Shown one piece after another: positions 8,564 to 18,921 of a stretch of 64,000 bases of DNA. The translations under genes and the position numbers were made by a program. Source of the stretch: an uncultured Desulfobulbus sp. (GTDB taxonomy: Bacteria > Desulfobacterota > Desulfobulbia > Desulfobulbales > Desulfobulbaceae). The stretch spans positions 2,110 through 66,109 of the forward strand of contig CAZKBZ010000002.1 in assembly GCA_964551175.1 (NCBI GenBank), written 5' to 3'. Position 1 is the first letter of the stretch. Every line of letters begins with the position of its first letter. The notes below the pieces were generated by a model, which ran no database searches, was not told the DNA's origin, and worked only from the letters and a program-made list of their open reading frames with translations.

Positions 8564-10519
8564 ATGCAATTCGCATATAAACCGGGTTCTGAACATTTCA
8601 TGAAAAAAGTAAGAGAAACAACGGGAAATGTTCAAGGCGGTAGAATTCTCTGGATGACCATCTACCTGCTTTTACTCTCCTTTTTTTTTGTTGCAGGCTT
8701 TGCTCATCAATTCAAGTATCCCGGCCGGGACGCATCTTTTTCTTCTTTCCTGGCCGGGATACTGTTTTTTGACCGATTCATTGCCGAGTACCTTTTCGCA
8801 GCTGCTGTTATCCTGCTGCTGATTAACGGGAACCTTCTTTGCCGGCTTTTATCGTATCTCATTCTCGGCCTGTTTTTATTCATTAACAGTGTCCAGCTGA
8901 CATCAATTGCCCAGGGTGGTGAATTTCTCTCCAGGCTGGCTCTTGACAATATCAATCATATCAACATCCTGTTAAATGTTCAGACGCTTTTCATTCCATT
9001 TGTTGCTGTAATTGCTCTCCTTATTCCTGAAGCTGTTATCCATTTAGCCAGACTTCAACCCTCTTCCCGTAAATCACTGTTCCTTGCCGTTGCCCCTTTT
9101 ATCCTGCTGGGAATTTTCTTTTCACAAAGTCACTGGTGGTTGCCGGAGTCCGTGGAAGAAAAACGAACACTCTTTTTCTCTGCAAACAACATTGACCACA
9201 CTGCTCCGGCGATTGCCCTGTACAAAACTGTATTCCAGCAGAACATGGATTTTTTTTCAGAAAACCTGAGCAGAGAAGAACTCCGCCGTCTCCGGCAGTT
9301 TGGCATTATCCTCAACCCTGACAAACCCTATCCGCTGCTTAAAAAAAGAATTTATCAAGGTGATCCCCCTTTCCAACAAATTACCCCTGACAGTGCAGCG
9401 CCAAACATCATTGTTTTTTTCAATGAAGGAATCTCCGCACGCAGTTTGAGTGTATATGGCTCGAAATACCAGGATATCACTCCCTACCTGCAGGATTTCG
9501 CCCGCCATTCAATGGTCGTCACGAATTATTTCAATCATACGGCCGCTACTTACCGAGGACTGCATGGGCAACTCTGCTCCCTGTTCCCCACATTCGGCGG
9601 TAACGGGGGCTGGTACCCGAATTACCAGGAGCTAAAGAGAATTAAATACCTCAGCCTGACAGAACTCTTAAACCAACAGGGATACCAGACCATATTCCTT
9701 GATTCCCACCTCAAGGATAAAGCGTATGTGGATGACATGATGCAGACGTTGGATTTTCAGGAGGTATTAACAGCAGATGAGTTAAGAAACAGGTTTCTGT
9801 CAGGGGAAAAACCTGCACTTGAAGATGCTCTTTCCGACACCCAGTTCTTTCAAAGCTTAATCGGATTACTCAGGGAAAAAGCAACCAGGAAGAAAACCGG
9901 AAAACCTTTTTTTATCGGACTGTATAACTTTGGAACCCATTCGTGGGTTAACTCAGCAGATGATGAAGCACACTTCGGAGATGGCTGGAATCCATTTTTA
10001 AACACTATCCATAACCTTGACGCGGCGTTCGGCCTGTTCTGGAAGTATTTCCAGAATTCACCTTTTGCTGATAATACCATTGTCATTTTTACCACAGACC
10101 ATTGCCACTACCCTACACAACCGTTTGTTGCCGAAATTGATGACCCCGAGTATCAAAGACTTTTTGTGGACAGAATTCCTTTAATCATTCACGATCAACA
10201 GAGAAAACTTCCTGCATACTTTGATGCCGCAAACAGTACGTCACTGGATTTTGCTCCATCCCTGCTGCATTACTTAGGGATAACAAACCAGCCTAATCCT
10301 TTCCTGGGAAGATCAATTTTCTCTCAACAGGATCAGACTGAACGTCTCGGCGTTGCCGTCATAGAACCTGATATCTTTATCATTGACGGGAAAAAAATCC
10401 ATGGAGACAAAAATTCAAAGCTGTATCGCCAAGATCTCCAGCTTCTCAAAAAGTTCATCAAGATAAGTCATGGGCTGGAAATGACGGACAGATTGTGGCA
10501 CAAGCAACCAGCTGACTGA
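8564..10519 (+). CDS. LtaS/sulfatase-family (alkaline-phosphatase superfamily) membrane phosphotransferase
   Basis: About five N-terminal TM helices followed by an extracytoplasmic sulfatase-like domain (PNIIVFFNEGISARSL, NHTAATYRGLHG, IVIFTTDHCHYP). An alternative start exists at ATG 8600. Confidence 0.65.
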   Translation: MQFAYKPGSEHFMKKVRETTGNVQGGRILWMTIYLLLLSFFFVAGFAHQFKYPGRDASFSSFLAGILFFDRFIAEYLFAAAVILLLINGNLLCRLLSYLILGLFLFINSVQLTSIAQGGEFLSRLALDNINHINILLNVQTLFIPFVAVIALLIPEAVIHLARLQPSSRKSLFLAVAPFILLGIFFSQSHWWLPESVEEKRTLFFSANNIDHTAPAIALYKTVFQQNMDFFSENLSREELRRLRQFGIILNPDKPYPLLKKRIYQGDPPFQQITPDSAAPNIIVFFNEGISARSLSVYGSKYQDITPYLQDFARHSMVVTNYFNHTAATYRGLHGQLCSLFPTFGGNGGWYPNYQELKRIKYLSLTELLNQQGYQTIFLDSHLKDKAYVDDMMQTLDFQEVLTADELRNRFLSGEKPALEDALSDTQFFQSLIGLLREKATRKKTGKPFFIGLYNFGTHSWVNSADDEAHFGDGWNPFLNTIHNLDAAFGLFWKYFQNSPFADNTIVIFTTDHCHYPTQPFVAEIDDPEYQRLFVDRIPLIIHDQQRKLPAYFDAANSTSLDFAPSLLHYLGITNQPNPFLGRSIFSQQDQTERLGVAVIEPDIFIIDGKKIHGDKNSKLYRQDLQLLKKFIKISHGLEMTDRLWHKQPAD

Positions 10520-10554
10520 TAACTTTCAGGCTGCAAGCTGCATGAATTTGGGGA

Positions 10555-11985
10555 TTAATATGCGCCCTTTCCAGTAAAAATGCAGCGGACCGTCTTGCAA
10601 ATTATTGTAATATCATTCCACAGGGAGTAATTGAGAACATACCAGTCATCAAGTTCCACCCTTTCCTGGTAGTCATCCATGTCATTTCTTCTGGAAACCT
10701 GCCATGGTCCGGTTATTCCGGGCTTCATGGATACATATCTGCCTGCACTCTGCTCTCCGTTTCCCCTATAATATTCAGCAAGTTCCCTGCCGACAACGGG
10801 GCGGGCTCCAACTACACTCATTTCACCCTTTAACACGTTAAAAAACTGGGGAAATTCATCAAGACTGGTACGGCGCAGAAATCGCCCGACCCGGGTTATG
10901 CGCGGGTCAACTTTCAGTTTGAAATTATTCTTCCATTCCTCGGCAAGCTCCTGATTATCCCGAAGCAGCTCTTCAAGCTGGCGGTCGGCATCGACCACCA
11001 TGGTCCTGAACTTCAAACATTCAAACTCTCGTCCGGTGGCCATGATCCGTCGATGCCGATAAAATACCGGCCCCCTGCTGTCCAGTTTAATGGCCAGCAT
11101 GATGAGCAAGAAAAGTGGTGCAGTCAATACTAGAACAGTGCTTGAGAAAAGCACATCAAATGTCCGCTTCCAGCTTGAATCAGGATTAAAATTCAGGACC
11201 AGCATATCTCCAAGGGACTGTATCTCCGCATGGTGCAGGCCAAAGATATACAGATCAGGCACAAGGTAAATCTGGGCGCCCAGATCGCGGCATTCCTGAA
11301 GAATCCGGAATATTTTCCGTTCCGCGCGCATGGGCAGGGCAATATACACGTAATCAATATCATTGACTTTGAGATAATCACGCACCTCATTGATCCTGCC
11401 CAGCATGGGCTTATCAATTTCATCAAGCGCTTCTTTCGTCTCCAGTTTATCGTCAAAAAAACCGACAACTTCAATACCTGCCCAGGGAATCTCCTCCATC
11501 TGCCGGGCCATCCTGATACCGAGATCTCCGGCGCCGATGATGACTGCGTGTCGAATATTTTTCCCACGGGAACGGTAATATCGCAGGAGCTTGCGAACAA
11601 TGATATGAGAAAAAAAGATTAAAAAAGGAGTAGCCAAGGACCAGAGGAGAAAAACAGCCCGGGAATAACCCTCTGAAATCTTGAAAATAAAAAAGTAAAA
11701 AAGCAGAAAGCCGATCACTGTTGACCAGGCCTGCACTATTACGATAAATTCACGGTAATATTTCCAGCCCCGCCAGGAACGGTACAGCTGAAAATAATGA
11801 AAACTGATAAAAGAAACAGCAAAGACGACAAACTCAAGCCAGGTATAATACCGACTCCAGGGAACCTGGTACAACTGGACAAGCAGCCAGAGAAAGCCGC
11901 AGACCAGAGCACAGTCCAGGATATGAAGCAGTCTGTAAATAAGAGAACTGCGCTCACGCAGGTTCCAGGACAATACGGGTGACAT
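10555..11985 (-). CDS. Polyprenyl-phosphate hexose-1-phosphate transferase (WbaP/WcaJ-type initiating enzyme)
   Basis: N-terminal TM block, a Rossmann-like segment (HAVIIGAGDLG), and a C-terminal bacterial sugar transferase domain (SLDEFPQFFNVLKGEMSVVGARP). Confidence 0.9.
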   Translation of the reverse strand: MSPVLSWNLRERSSLIYRLLHILDCALVCGFLWLLVQLYQVPWSRYYTWLEFVVFAVSFISFHYFQLYRSWRGWKYYREFIVIVQAWSTVIGFLLFYFFIFKISEGYSRAVFLLWSLATPFLIFFSHIIVRKLLRYYRSRGKNIRHAVIIGAGDLGIRMARQMEEIPWAGIEVVGFFDDKLETKEALDEIDKPMLGRINEVRDYLKVNDIDYVYIALPMRAERKIFRILQECRDLGAQIYLVPDLYIFGLHHAEIQSLGDMLVLNFNPDSSWKRTFDVLFSSTVLVLTAPLFLLIMLAIKLDSRGPVFYRHRRIMATGREFECLKFRTMVVDADRQLEELLRDNQELAEEWKNNFKLKVDPRITRVGRFLRRTSLDEFPQFFNVLKGEMSVVGARPVVGRELAEYYRGNGEQSAGRYVSMKPGITGPWQVSRRNDMDDYQERVELDDWYVLNYSLWNDITIICKTVRCIFTGKGAY

Positions 11986-11991
11986 TATTGA

Positions 11992-12936
11992 TCAATTCCG
12001 TGAGGACCACCAGCTGCGGTTCATACTCATCCGCTCTGCACAGCAGCGTGGTAACATTCTGTGTCGTTTTCCCAGGTTATAACCAATGAACTTGCCAAAA
12101 TTCCGCAGCAGACATTGCGGCAGCAGATGATACTTTTTCCTTGCTGCCAGCATGGTCATTTCCGAGCGTACATATTTTCTGCCGGTTCCTCCGGGCCCGC
12201 CAAACTTCATCAGTTGATCGCCCTGGTCGACGTGGAAGACTCCGATATCAAAATACCTTTTAACATCTTGTAATATAGAATAATTATGCGAGTGATAAAC
12301 GCAAGATTCACTTACATAGGCCACACAATAGCCGCTTTCCAGCATCTTTGCCACTGTCAAGGTGTCTTCACCGAAAAGAAGTCTTTCCGGAAAAAACCCA
12401 TGTGCCGCAAGAATATCCTTGCGCCAGGCTGCAAAGGAATTGGAAATAAAAATCGTCCTGAAACCAAATTGACTGCGATCGTCCCAGCAACGGGTTTCAG
12501 AGTGGTCAGGATAATTGAACAGCCGCAGATGTTCACTGAAAAGATTCGCATCCGGATCAGGAAGCTGTCTGCCATAGGTTGCCGAAATTCTCTCATCCCG
12601 GGCGAATGGCCGGACAAGCAACTCAAGAGCATCCCTGCCGGCCGGTATCGCATCCTGAGTCATATAGATCAAAATCTCGCCTCCGGCAATCCCGGCCGCC
12701 ATTGTCCTGGTGCCACCATGATCAAAATCCTGCTGTGCTATTTTAACCTGACGAACATTATGACGGTGAACTATTGCACAGGTTCCATCCTCTGAGCCTG
12801 AATCGATAACAATAATCTCATCAGGGACAAGGGTTTGCTGCTTAAGCATGGTCAGCAACCTGTCCAGCCATTGCTCTCCATTCCAGGTCGGAATAATGAC
12901 GGAAATAGTCGGTCGATTTTCCACAGACCCGCTCAT
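11992..12936 (-). CDS. Family 2 glycosyltransferase
   Basis: ISVIIPTWNGEQWLDRLLTMLKQQT ... IIVIDSGSEDGT. The start is set at ATG 12934-12936, which forms an ATGA overlap with the upstream stop. The longer ORF would overlap the upstream gene by 150 nt. Confidence 0.8.
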   Translation of the reverse strand: MSGSVENRPTISVIIPTWNGEQWLDRLLTMLKQQTLVPDEIIVIDSGSEDGTCAIVHRHNVRQVKIAQQDFDHGGTRTMAAGIAGGEILIYMTQDAIPAGRDALELLVRPFARDERISATYGRQLPDPDANLFSEHLRLFNYPDHSETRCWDDRSQFGFRTIFISNSFAAWRKDILAAHGFFPERLLFGEDTLTVAKMLESGYCVAYVSESCVYHSHNYSILQDVKRYFDIGVFHVDQGDQLMKFGGPGGTGRKYVRSEMTMLAARKKYHLLPQCLLRNFGKFIGYNLGKRHRMLPRCCAERMSMNRSWWSSRN

Positions 12937-13754
12937 ACCCGCAACCAGCGAACCAGCACATACTTGATCAGAGCCCATAACATATAGGGAGAGGGATGTT
13001 TCCAGTACAGCAGTAGTTCGCTGGCAGCAGCAGTCAAACGCTGTTGATACGGAACCTGATGCCTGCTCTGCCAGCCGCGACAATGAAAAACCTTCAAATC
13101 AGGCAGATAGACAATACGCCAGGGTGACTTTTGAATCCGCAGACAGAGTTCAATATCTTCTTTATACAAAAAAAAATCAGGATCAAAGATGACGGATTCC
13201 GACAGAGCTACCTGGTCTAACATCTCTTTCCGACAGAACAGAAAAGCCGCACAGGCAGCAGGAATATCTTCCTGTTCTCCAAAGCGGTCATCATCCGGCT
13301 CCCCCTGTCCCCTGTCATGCCAGCGGCCATACCATTTCCTGAAAACACCGGTAGAATCTATAAATCCGGTCGCCTGTTGCAGCTTACTGTCAAAACCGAG
13401 CAACCTGCCGCTCACGCAGCCAACGTCCTTATTGCGGACTAGATAATTGATCGCCAATTCTATAGTGTTCGGTTCAGGAAAAGCATCAGGGTTCAGGAAA
13501 AGAACAAAATCAGAAAAACGATCAATGCTCTTAAAACCGAGGTTATTCGCCCGGCCGAATCCAATATTTTTTTCCAGATGCAAAACTGTCCGGTCCTTAT
13601 TGCGGTAAGGCTGCAAATAACCGGAATCAATCGATCCTGAATCAACAATTACAGTGGTTTCTGGCTGTACAGTTTGTTCATCTAAAGAAGTAAGGCAAGC
13701 CCCAATCTCGTCTTGGGAATTATGGGTTACTATAACTACTGATGCGCTGTTCAT
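12933..13754 (-). CDS. Family 2 glycosyltransferase
   Basis: ASVVIVTHNSQDEIGACLTSLDEQT ... VIVDSGSIDSG, plus the EDIELCLR motif. The start is set at the internal ATG 13752-13754 (MNSAS), 13 nt after the upstream stop. Confidence 0.8.
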   Translation of the reverse strand: MNSASVVIVTHNSQDEIGACLTSLDEQTVQPETTVIVDSGSIDSGYLQPYRNKDRTVLHLEKNIGFGRANNLGFKSIDRFSDFVLFLNPDAFPEPNTIELAINYLVRNKDVGCVSGRLLGFDSKLQQATGFIDSTGVFRKWYGRWHDRGQGEPDDDRFGEQEDIPAACAAFLFCRKEMLDQVALSESVIFDPDFFLYKEDIELCLRIQKSPWRIVYLPDLKVFHCRGWQSRHQVPYQQRLTAAASELLLYWKHPSPYMLWALIKYVLVRWLRV

Positions 13755-13767
13755 AACAGTACAGACA

Positions 13768-14829
13768 TTAGAGAAAGAAAAAGCAGTACATGCGCAACAA
13801 TCTGTTTCCCTTGCCCAGCGCACTACGCCGACGCATGATAGATACAATCACATCCTTTTCAGCCCTTTTCAGGCATAATGCAAATTCAGGAACCGTCATC
13901 TCATCATAACGGCGAAGCCCATGATGTTTCTCACGCATTTTCAACAGACTTGCAAATGCCTGAAACATACCCCTGCAATAGGGAAGAAACTGATGCTTTT
14001 TAATCGAGAACAAAAACCAGCAGAACTGATAAATACAAATAACGGGAAGAAACCGTATAAACAGGGAAAGCTGATAATTTTTCAGCAAAACATACAGAGA
14101 ATTTCTTGTGGACAGCCTGATGGTAAAAGCATTTATTTTTGAGCCAGTTGTTGCACTACCGATATGATACACTACAGCTGAAGGCACATAATATCCCCGG
14201 AGCCCAGCTCGATTTATTCGAAGGTTAAGATCAACATCTTCAAGATAGGCAAAAAAATCTTCATCAAATAAACCAACCCGATCAAAAAGTGTACGCCGAT
14301 AAAGGACAGCACCGGCACAGGCACCGAATACCGGTCCCGGCTTGTTATAGTGTTCACAGTCCTCTTCCATGGTTCCAAGACGATAACCTGCCCCTCCGCG
14401 CAGATACCCATCCCCAGCTCCATCAAGAATAGTACGCTGATTGAAGCTTAACATTTTAGGGACAAAAAAAACAAACTCCGGCAGCTTGCATGCTGTTGCC
14501 AGCAGCTGTTCCAATGCATCCGGCCGCAGCTCGGTATCATTGTTGAGCAGGAAAACAAATTGCCCGGAACTATTCTGAATACCGGCATTAACGGCTGCAC
14601 TGAACCCCTTATTTTCATGAAATTCTAAACAGCTCACTTCAGGCCATTCGGCCTTCAAGTACGAAACAGAACCATCTGTTGAACCATTATCAACAACACT
14701 AATCTGTAAGTTCCTGACAGTTTGTTTTTTGAGGGAAGACAGGCAGGTACATAAAACCTCAACACCGTTATAATGTGGTACTACGACATGAATGACAGGA
14801 TCACAACCTTCCATACCGACACGTTTCAA
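13768..14829 (-). CDS. Family 2 glycosyltransferase
   Basis: VVVPHYNGVEVLCTCLSSLKKQT ... SVVDNGSTDGS ... LEDVDLNLR, with C-terminal hydrophobic helices. Confidence 0.8.
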   Translation of the reverse strand: MKRVGMEGCDPVIHVVVPHYNGVEVLCTCLSSLKKQTVRNLQISVVDNGSTDGSVSYLKAEWPEVSCLEFHENKGFSAAVNAGIQNSSGQFVFLLNNDTELRPDALEQLLATACKLPEFVFFVPKMLSFNQRTILDGAGDGYLRGGAGYRLGTMEEDCEHYNKPGPVFGACAGAVLYRRTLFDRVGLFDEDFFAYLEDVDLNLRINRAGLRGYYVPSAVVYHIGSATTGSKINAFTIRLSTRNSLYVLLKNYQLSLFIRFLPVICIYQFCWFLFSIKKHQFLPYCRGMFQAFASLLKMREKHHGLRRYDEMTVPEFALCLKRAEKDVIVSIMRRRSALGKGNRLLRMYCFFFL

Positions 14830-14834
14830 CAGAT

Positions 14835-15800
14835 TTACTCCGGTTCCGGACGCCCAAGCACCTTGCGAACATAATATATCGGTTTACGTTGTGATTCATG
14901 GTAAGTACGCACCACAAGTTCAGCCAGTAATCCGATGGTAATAAACTGAATCCCAATGAAGATCAGCAAGATGGCCAGTAACAGCAGAGGACGATTTGCC
15001 AGAGAAATTCCGAAAAACTGGCGTTGAATGGTCATGTACAGAGCAATGAAAAAGCCAATGGTCGAGGCAACAAAACCAAACGTTCCAAAAACATGTAAAG
15101 GTCTGGTAGCATAACTGAGCATAAATTTTACCGTCATGAGATCCAAAATCACCCGCAACGTTCTGGTAATACCGTATTTAGAGGTGCCAAACATCCTTGG
15201 ACGATGATTTACTTTGATTTCGGTAATAGAGATACCCATACCGGAAGCTATTGCCGGAATAAAGCGGTGCATTTCACCGTACAAACGAATATTGTTTGCT
15301 ACATATTTGCGAAACGCTTTCAAGGTGCATCCGTAATCATGTAAATGGACCCCTGTTATCCAAGAGATGATCCGGTTGGCAACCATTGAAGGAAGGCGAC
15401 GTGACAGGAACGGATCTTTTCGTTCAAAACGCCATCCGGTTACCACGTCATAACCGGATTCCATTTTTTTTATCATTTCAGGAATATCATGGGGATCATT
15501 CTGCAGATCACCATCCATAGTGATAATTATATCACCCTGAGCGTAATCAAAACCCGCCGACATAGCTGCAGTCTGGCCGAAATTACGACGGAAACTGACA
15601 ACAACTACTGATACATCTGTTTTGCTTATTTGATCAAGCAACTCAAGACTTCTATCTGAAGAACCGTCGTCAATAAATATGATCTCATAACTATACTTTA
15701 TATCTTGAAGAACTTGAAAAAGTTCTTCATAAAGCGCAGTTATGTTCTCTTCTTCATTGTATATGGGAATAACAACCGAGATCTTCAATGTACACTCCAT
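14835..15800 (-). CDS. ArnC/GtrB-type polyprenyl-phosphate glycosyltransferase (GT2 with two C-terminal TM helices)
   Basis: ISVVIPIYNEEENI ... IIFIDDGSSDRS ... DGDLQNDP, then GTSKYG and two TM helices. This is the architecture of the ArnC/GtrB/DPM1-like enzymes. Confidence 0.8.
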   Translation of the reverse strand: MECTLKISVVIPIYNEEENITALYEELFQVLQDIKYSYEIIFIDDGSSDRSLELLDQISKTDVSVVVVSFRRNFGQTAAMSAGFDYAQGDIIITMDGDLQNDPHDIPEMIKKMESGYDVVTGWRFERKDPFLSRRLPSMVANRIISWITGVHLHDYGCTLKAFRKYVANNIRLYGEMHRFIPAIASGMGISITEIKVNHRPRMFGTSKYGITRTLRVILDLMTVKFMLSYATRPLHVFGTFGFVASTIGFFIALYMTIQRQFFGISLANRPLLLLAILLIFIGIQFITIGLLAELVVRTYHESQRKPIYYVRKVLGRPEPE

Positions 15801-15809
15801 ACTGGATGT

Positions 15810-17894
15810 TTAAGGAAATAAATAAATGTCAGGCCAGCAATCATTGCCGGTATGAAAAGTCAAACGTTCCGCATTACTCATGGGTGTCCCCATAAGCCAG
15901 ATAAATATCTCATAATCAGCAGCATCGTGCTGGTGTCCTCCTGTACTGGCACCATACACCATGGTATCCCTGCTGTTGGCTATTCTGGGAAAATACTCAT
16001 GACTATAGGAAGTCGGCGAATCAAACAAGAGAGTTTTCTCCATGGTGACGGGGTCTACCCTGTAAATGGCATTTTGTTGTTTTCCGCCATGATCGACATA
16101 ATAAAGAAATCTTGCAGCCGGACTCCAGTTCAGTTGACAGCCGTTTGCAATCTTCTGCATGGAACCATCAGCATGAATAATGGAAGTTTCTCGCATTGAT
16201 CCCCTCAAGGTTACCGCCATAGCATTCCGTACAGAACTCCATGAAGGTGTTTCCAGCAGAACCGAAGCAGGGAGATCAATATTGTTACCGGTTTCCATGA
16301 CCACCTCCTCCGCTCCGGTATCAAGAAAATAACGTACAAACTGATTGCCATTGCGCTGAAAATAGATGATTTTTCCATCTTCCGACCATGTCGGTACATT
16401 ACCATGTTCAGCGATAAGCCGTTCTTTTCCATCTACAAGAGACAAGAGATAGACATCCCAAGGAAAATAATTACGCTGAGGAACCCATTTTTCCCGGGAA
16501 CGGGCAAAAACAATGCTTTTGCCGTCAGGAGAGATTCTCGGAAAATACTCTGTATTCGGATGATCTGTCAACCGGGAGATTACCTTATCCGGCAGAGTAA
16601 GCATCAGGATATCATGAGACCCATAGCGATTAGAACTCCAGACAACAAAACCTTTTTTTGCGGGAAGCCGGCTGTCTGTCTTACTGATAACTCCTTCGTG
16701 AAAAATTCTCTGTACTGCCTGACCTCTGTCAGGGGGAATAATTGGCCCAATTTTTTTCACCAAACGCAGTTGAAACAGCAGAAACAGGCCGACCCCGCCT
16801 ACAAAAACCGTCAGCAACACCACTTTGACGCCAATGCGCCTCCTCTTAGATGTTCCTGCTGGTTCCTTGCTCGGTAAGGTAGAAAAAATAAACAATACCA
16901 TGGCCAGAGCGCCCAAAGTGTAATCAATACTCTGGCTGATAATATGGAGCGCCAGCATGATAATAACAGCGGCCGCCTTGTCCGCACCTAGAAAAATAAG
17001 AGCTGCCGCTCCACCCGACTCATAAGTACCGAAACTCATGAAAGAGGGAATCGGAAGGCTTGCTGATGCTTCAGCAGTGAGCAGAGTAGATATAACCGTA
17101 ATCGGCTCGGAAGATACGTTGGAAAAACTCGGTAATACAACTCCCATAAAAAGAAGGTAAAGGCCTGCATATTTAAAAATGCGCACAGAAAGAGAAATGA
17201 AAAACACCTGCCAGCCAATTCCTGCCTTGCGCACCTGCTCCAGTGAAGAGATAACATGGCGGGAAAAAACCAGGAAACGATCAAGATATCGTCCCCGGCC
17301 CGGCAGCCGTTGCTCAAGAAACCCTGTTACAGCGGGAACAATTGTGAAAAGAAAGAACAGGAGGGCAAGGCTCATGCAGACTAAAAAAACAAAAACCACA
17401 AGCAGCCACATCGGTAATGACGACGTCAGCGCCTGGTATCCAATGAGCAGCAAGACCAGACAGGCAAGGGCGATAAGATCAAAAATAAAACTGATGGCAA
17501 GTGAAGACAAACAGGCATCGGCTCTTGTCCTGTAACCACGATTTAACATGGCAATATAGCTTAACTCTCCCAAACGTGCAGGTAGAAGATCCACAAACAT
17601 GTTCCTGGCAACCGTAACCAGGCCAACATGATAAAGCGAAGGAACCCGGGATGTAGACGCCTTCAGCAATACAAAATATCGAAGGGTCCGGACAAACGCA
17701 CCGAGCAAATTGACAATCAGATATCCTCCGATACAAGGCAGCGAAGTTTGCAAAATAGTCTGAAACAGGCGGGGACGATCTGCGGGATCAGTGACCCCGA
17801 GAACATACTGTAACAATAAGCCTACAATCAGACAGGAAACACTCAAAGAGAGCAATACTTTCACAACAACGCGCAGATTAACAAAGTCTTTCAT
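15810..17894 (-). CDS. UPF0104 (MprF-flippase-like) membrane domain fused to a TolB-like beta-propeller
   Basis: The N-terminal roughly 370 aa are polytopic, with the UPF0104-type motif LLPARLGELSYIAML. The C-terminal roughly 300 aa carry PD40/TolB-like repeats (YFPRISPDGKSIVFAR, PTWSEDGKIIYF, LNWSPAARFLYYV). Confidence 0.7.
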   Translation of the reverse strand: MKDFVNLRVVVKVLLSLSVSCLIVGLLLQYVLGVTDPADRPRLFQTILQTSLPCIGGYLIVNLLGAFVRTLRYFVLLKASTSRVPSLYHVGLVTVARNMFVDLLPARLGELSYIAMLNRGYRTRADACLSSLAISFIFDLIALACLVLLLIGYQALTSSLPMWLLVVFVFLVCMSLALLFFLFTIVPAVTGFLEQRLPGRGRYLDRFLVFSRHVISSLEQVRKAGIGWQVFFISLSVRIFKYAGLYLLFMGVVLPSFSNVSSEPITVISTLLTAEASASLPIPSFMSFGTYESGGAAALIFLGADKAAAVIIMLALHIISQSIDYTLGALAMVLFIFSTLPSKEPAGTSKRRRIGVKVVLLTVFVGGVGLFLLFQLRLVKKIGPIIPPDRGQAVQRIFHEGVISKTDSRLPAKKGFVVWSSNRYGSHDILMLTLPDKVISRLTDHPNTEYFPRISPDGKSIVFARSREKWVPQRNYFPWDVYLLSLVDGKERLIAEHGNVPTWSEDGKIIYFQRNGNQFVRYFLDTGAEEVVMETGNNIDLPASVLLETPSWSSVRNAMAVTLRGSMRETSIIHADGSMQKIANGCQLNWSPAARFLYYVDHGGKQQNAIYRVDPVTMEKTLLFDSPTSYSHEYFPRIANSRDTMVYGASTGGHQHDAADYEIFIWLMGTPMSNAERLTFHTGNDCWPDIYLFP

Positions 17895-17921
17895 GTCAGT
17901 GATTCCTATACCATCTTATCT

Positions 17922-18914
17922 TCAACCCGACCCGTTCTGTTTGCCGGTACTTCGGCTTATTTTTGAACCGGTCAGAAGAATGCGACCAAGAAAGACAAGC
18001 CCTCCGAAAAAAGAATAACAAACTGTTATGGCGAGAAAAAATAATGCCAGCGACCTGGTCTGAATATCACTAAGCCCTGCTAAGCCAAAAAACATGACAT
18101 AACCCGCATCACGGACTCCAATTCCGTATATAGATATTGGCAAGGCCTCCATCAGAGTAATGACTGGTACAAAGGCAGCAAAGTAATAAAGCGATACAGG
18201 AGCCCCCAGGGCAAGGGCCATGAGATAAACCACCAGGATAACGGAAATCTGAAAGGTAAATGAAATAACCATGACCTTATATAATACGCGGGAGCTGCTA
18301 TGGTAGCGGGTCCAGGCTACAAAAAAATTATCAATAAAAGCTGCAACAGGAGCAATCCGATCAAGCCTGGTGATTTGCAACATGTATCGGGCCGGACTCT
18401 GCATGACAAGCATCCAGAGAATAAAAACAAGAAGGGCAAACAGAGAAAGGGGCAACAGAAAAAACAAGGGGTGACCTATTCTGCCGGCAACTGGGAAAGA
18501 GGCTGCAAGGCTTAATAAAATCAAAGCCAGGAATCCGGAAATACGGTCGGCAAACACTGACGCTGCGGAGCGTGCGACCTGATTTGACTGTTTTGCCACA
18601 TCATAAATACGATATGAATCCCCGCCGATATTTGACGGCAGAAAAATATTGAAAAAAGTGCCGGTCAGGTATGAAACCGTTAATCTGGCCAAAGAGATAT
18701 GTATATTGTCCGCATGCAGCAAAATCTGCCATTTCAAGGCACTTAGAACCGTATTGACAAGCAAGAGAAAAAAAATCAAGGGTAGATAACGGTAGTCGAT
18801 CCCGGAAAACAACTGGATAATACTGTCAAAAGGAGTGCTCCTGTAAAGTAAGACGAGCAGGAGACCACTGATGGTAAGCTTGAGGGCAACTAGCAATACT
18901 TTGGTATAATTCAT
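17922..18914 (-). CDS. UPF0104 / lysyl-PG-synthase-TM (flippase-like) family membrane protein
   Basis: 330-aa polytopic protein with the family motif LSALKWQILL ... FFNIFLPSNIGGDSYRIYD. Confidence 0.75.
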   Translation of the reverse strand: MNYTKVLLVALKLTISGLLLVLLYRSTPFDSIIQLFSGIDYRYLPLIFFLLLVNTVLSALKWQILLHADNIHISLARLTVSYLTGTFFNIFLPSNIGGDSYRIYDVAKQSNQVARSAASVFADRISGFLALILLSLAASFPVAGRIGHPLFFLLPLSLFALLVFILWMLVMQSPARYMLQITRLDRIAPVAAFIDNFFVAWTRYHSSSRVLYKVMVISFTFQISVILVVYLMALALGAPVSLYYFAAFVPVITLMEALPISIYGIGVRDAGYVMFFGLAGLSDIQTRSLALFFLAITVCYSFFGGLVFLGRILLTGSKISRSTGKQNGSG

Positions 18915-18921
18915 TTCGTTA

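Noticed and set aside
12937-13083. N-terminal extensions of the GT2 ORFs (to 13083 and to 13847)
   Set aside because: The extensions overlap the preceding genes by about 90-150 nt and are Cys/Ser-rich and not protein-like. Internal ATGs give the canonical GT2 N-terminus and a tight ATGA or short-gap junction.
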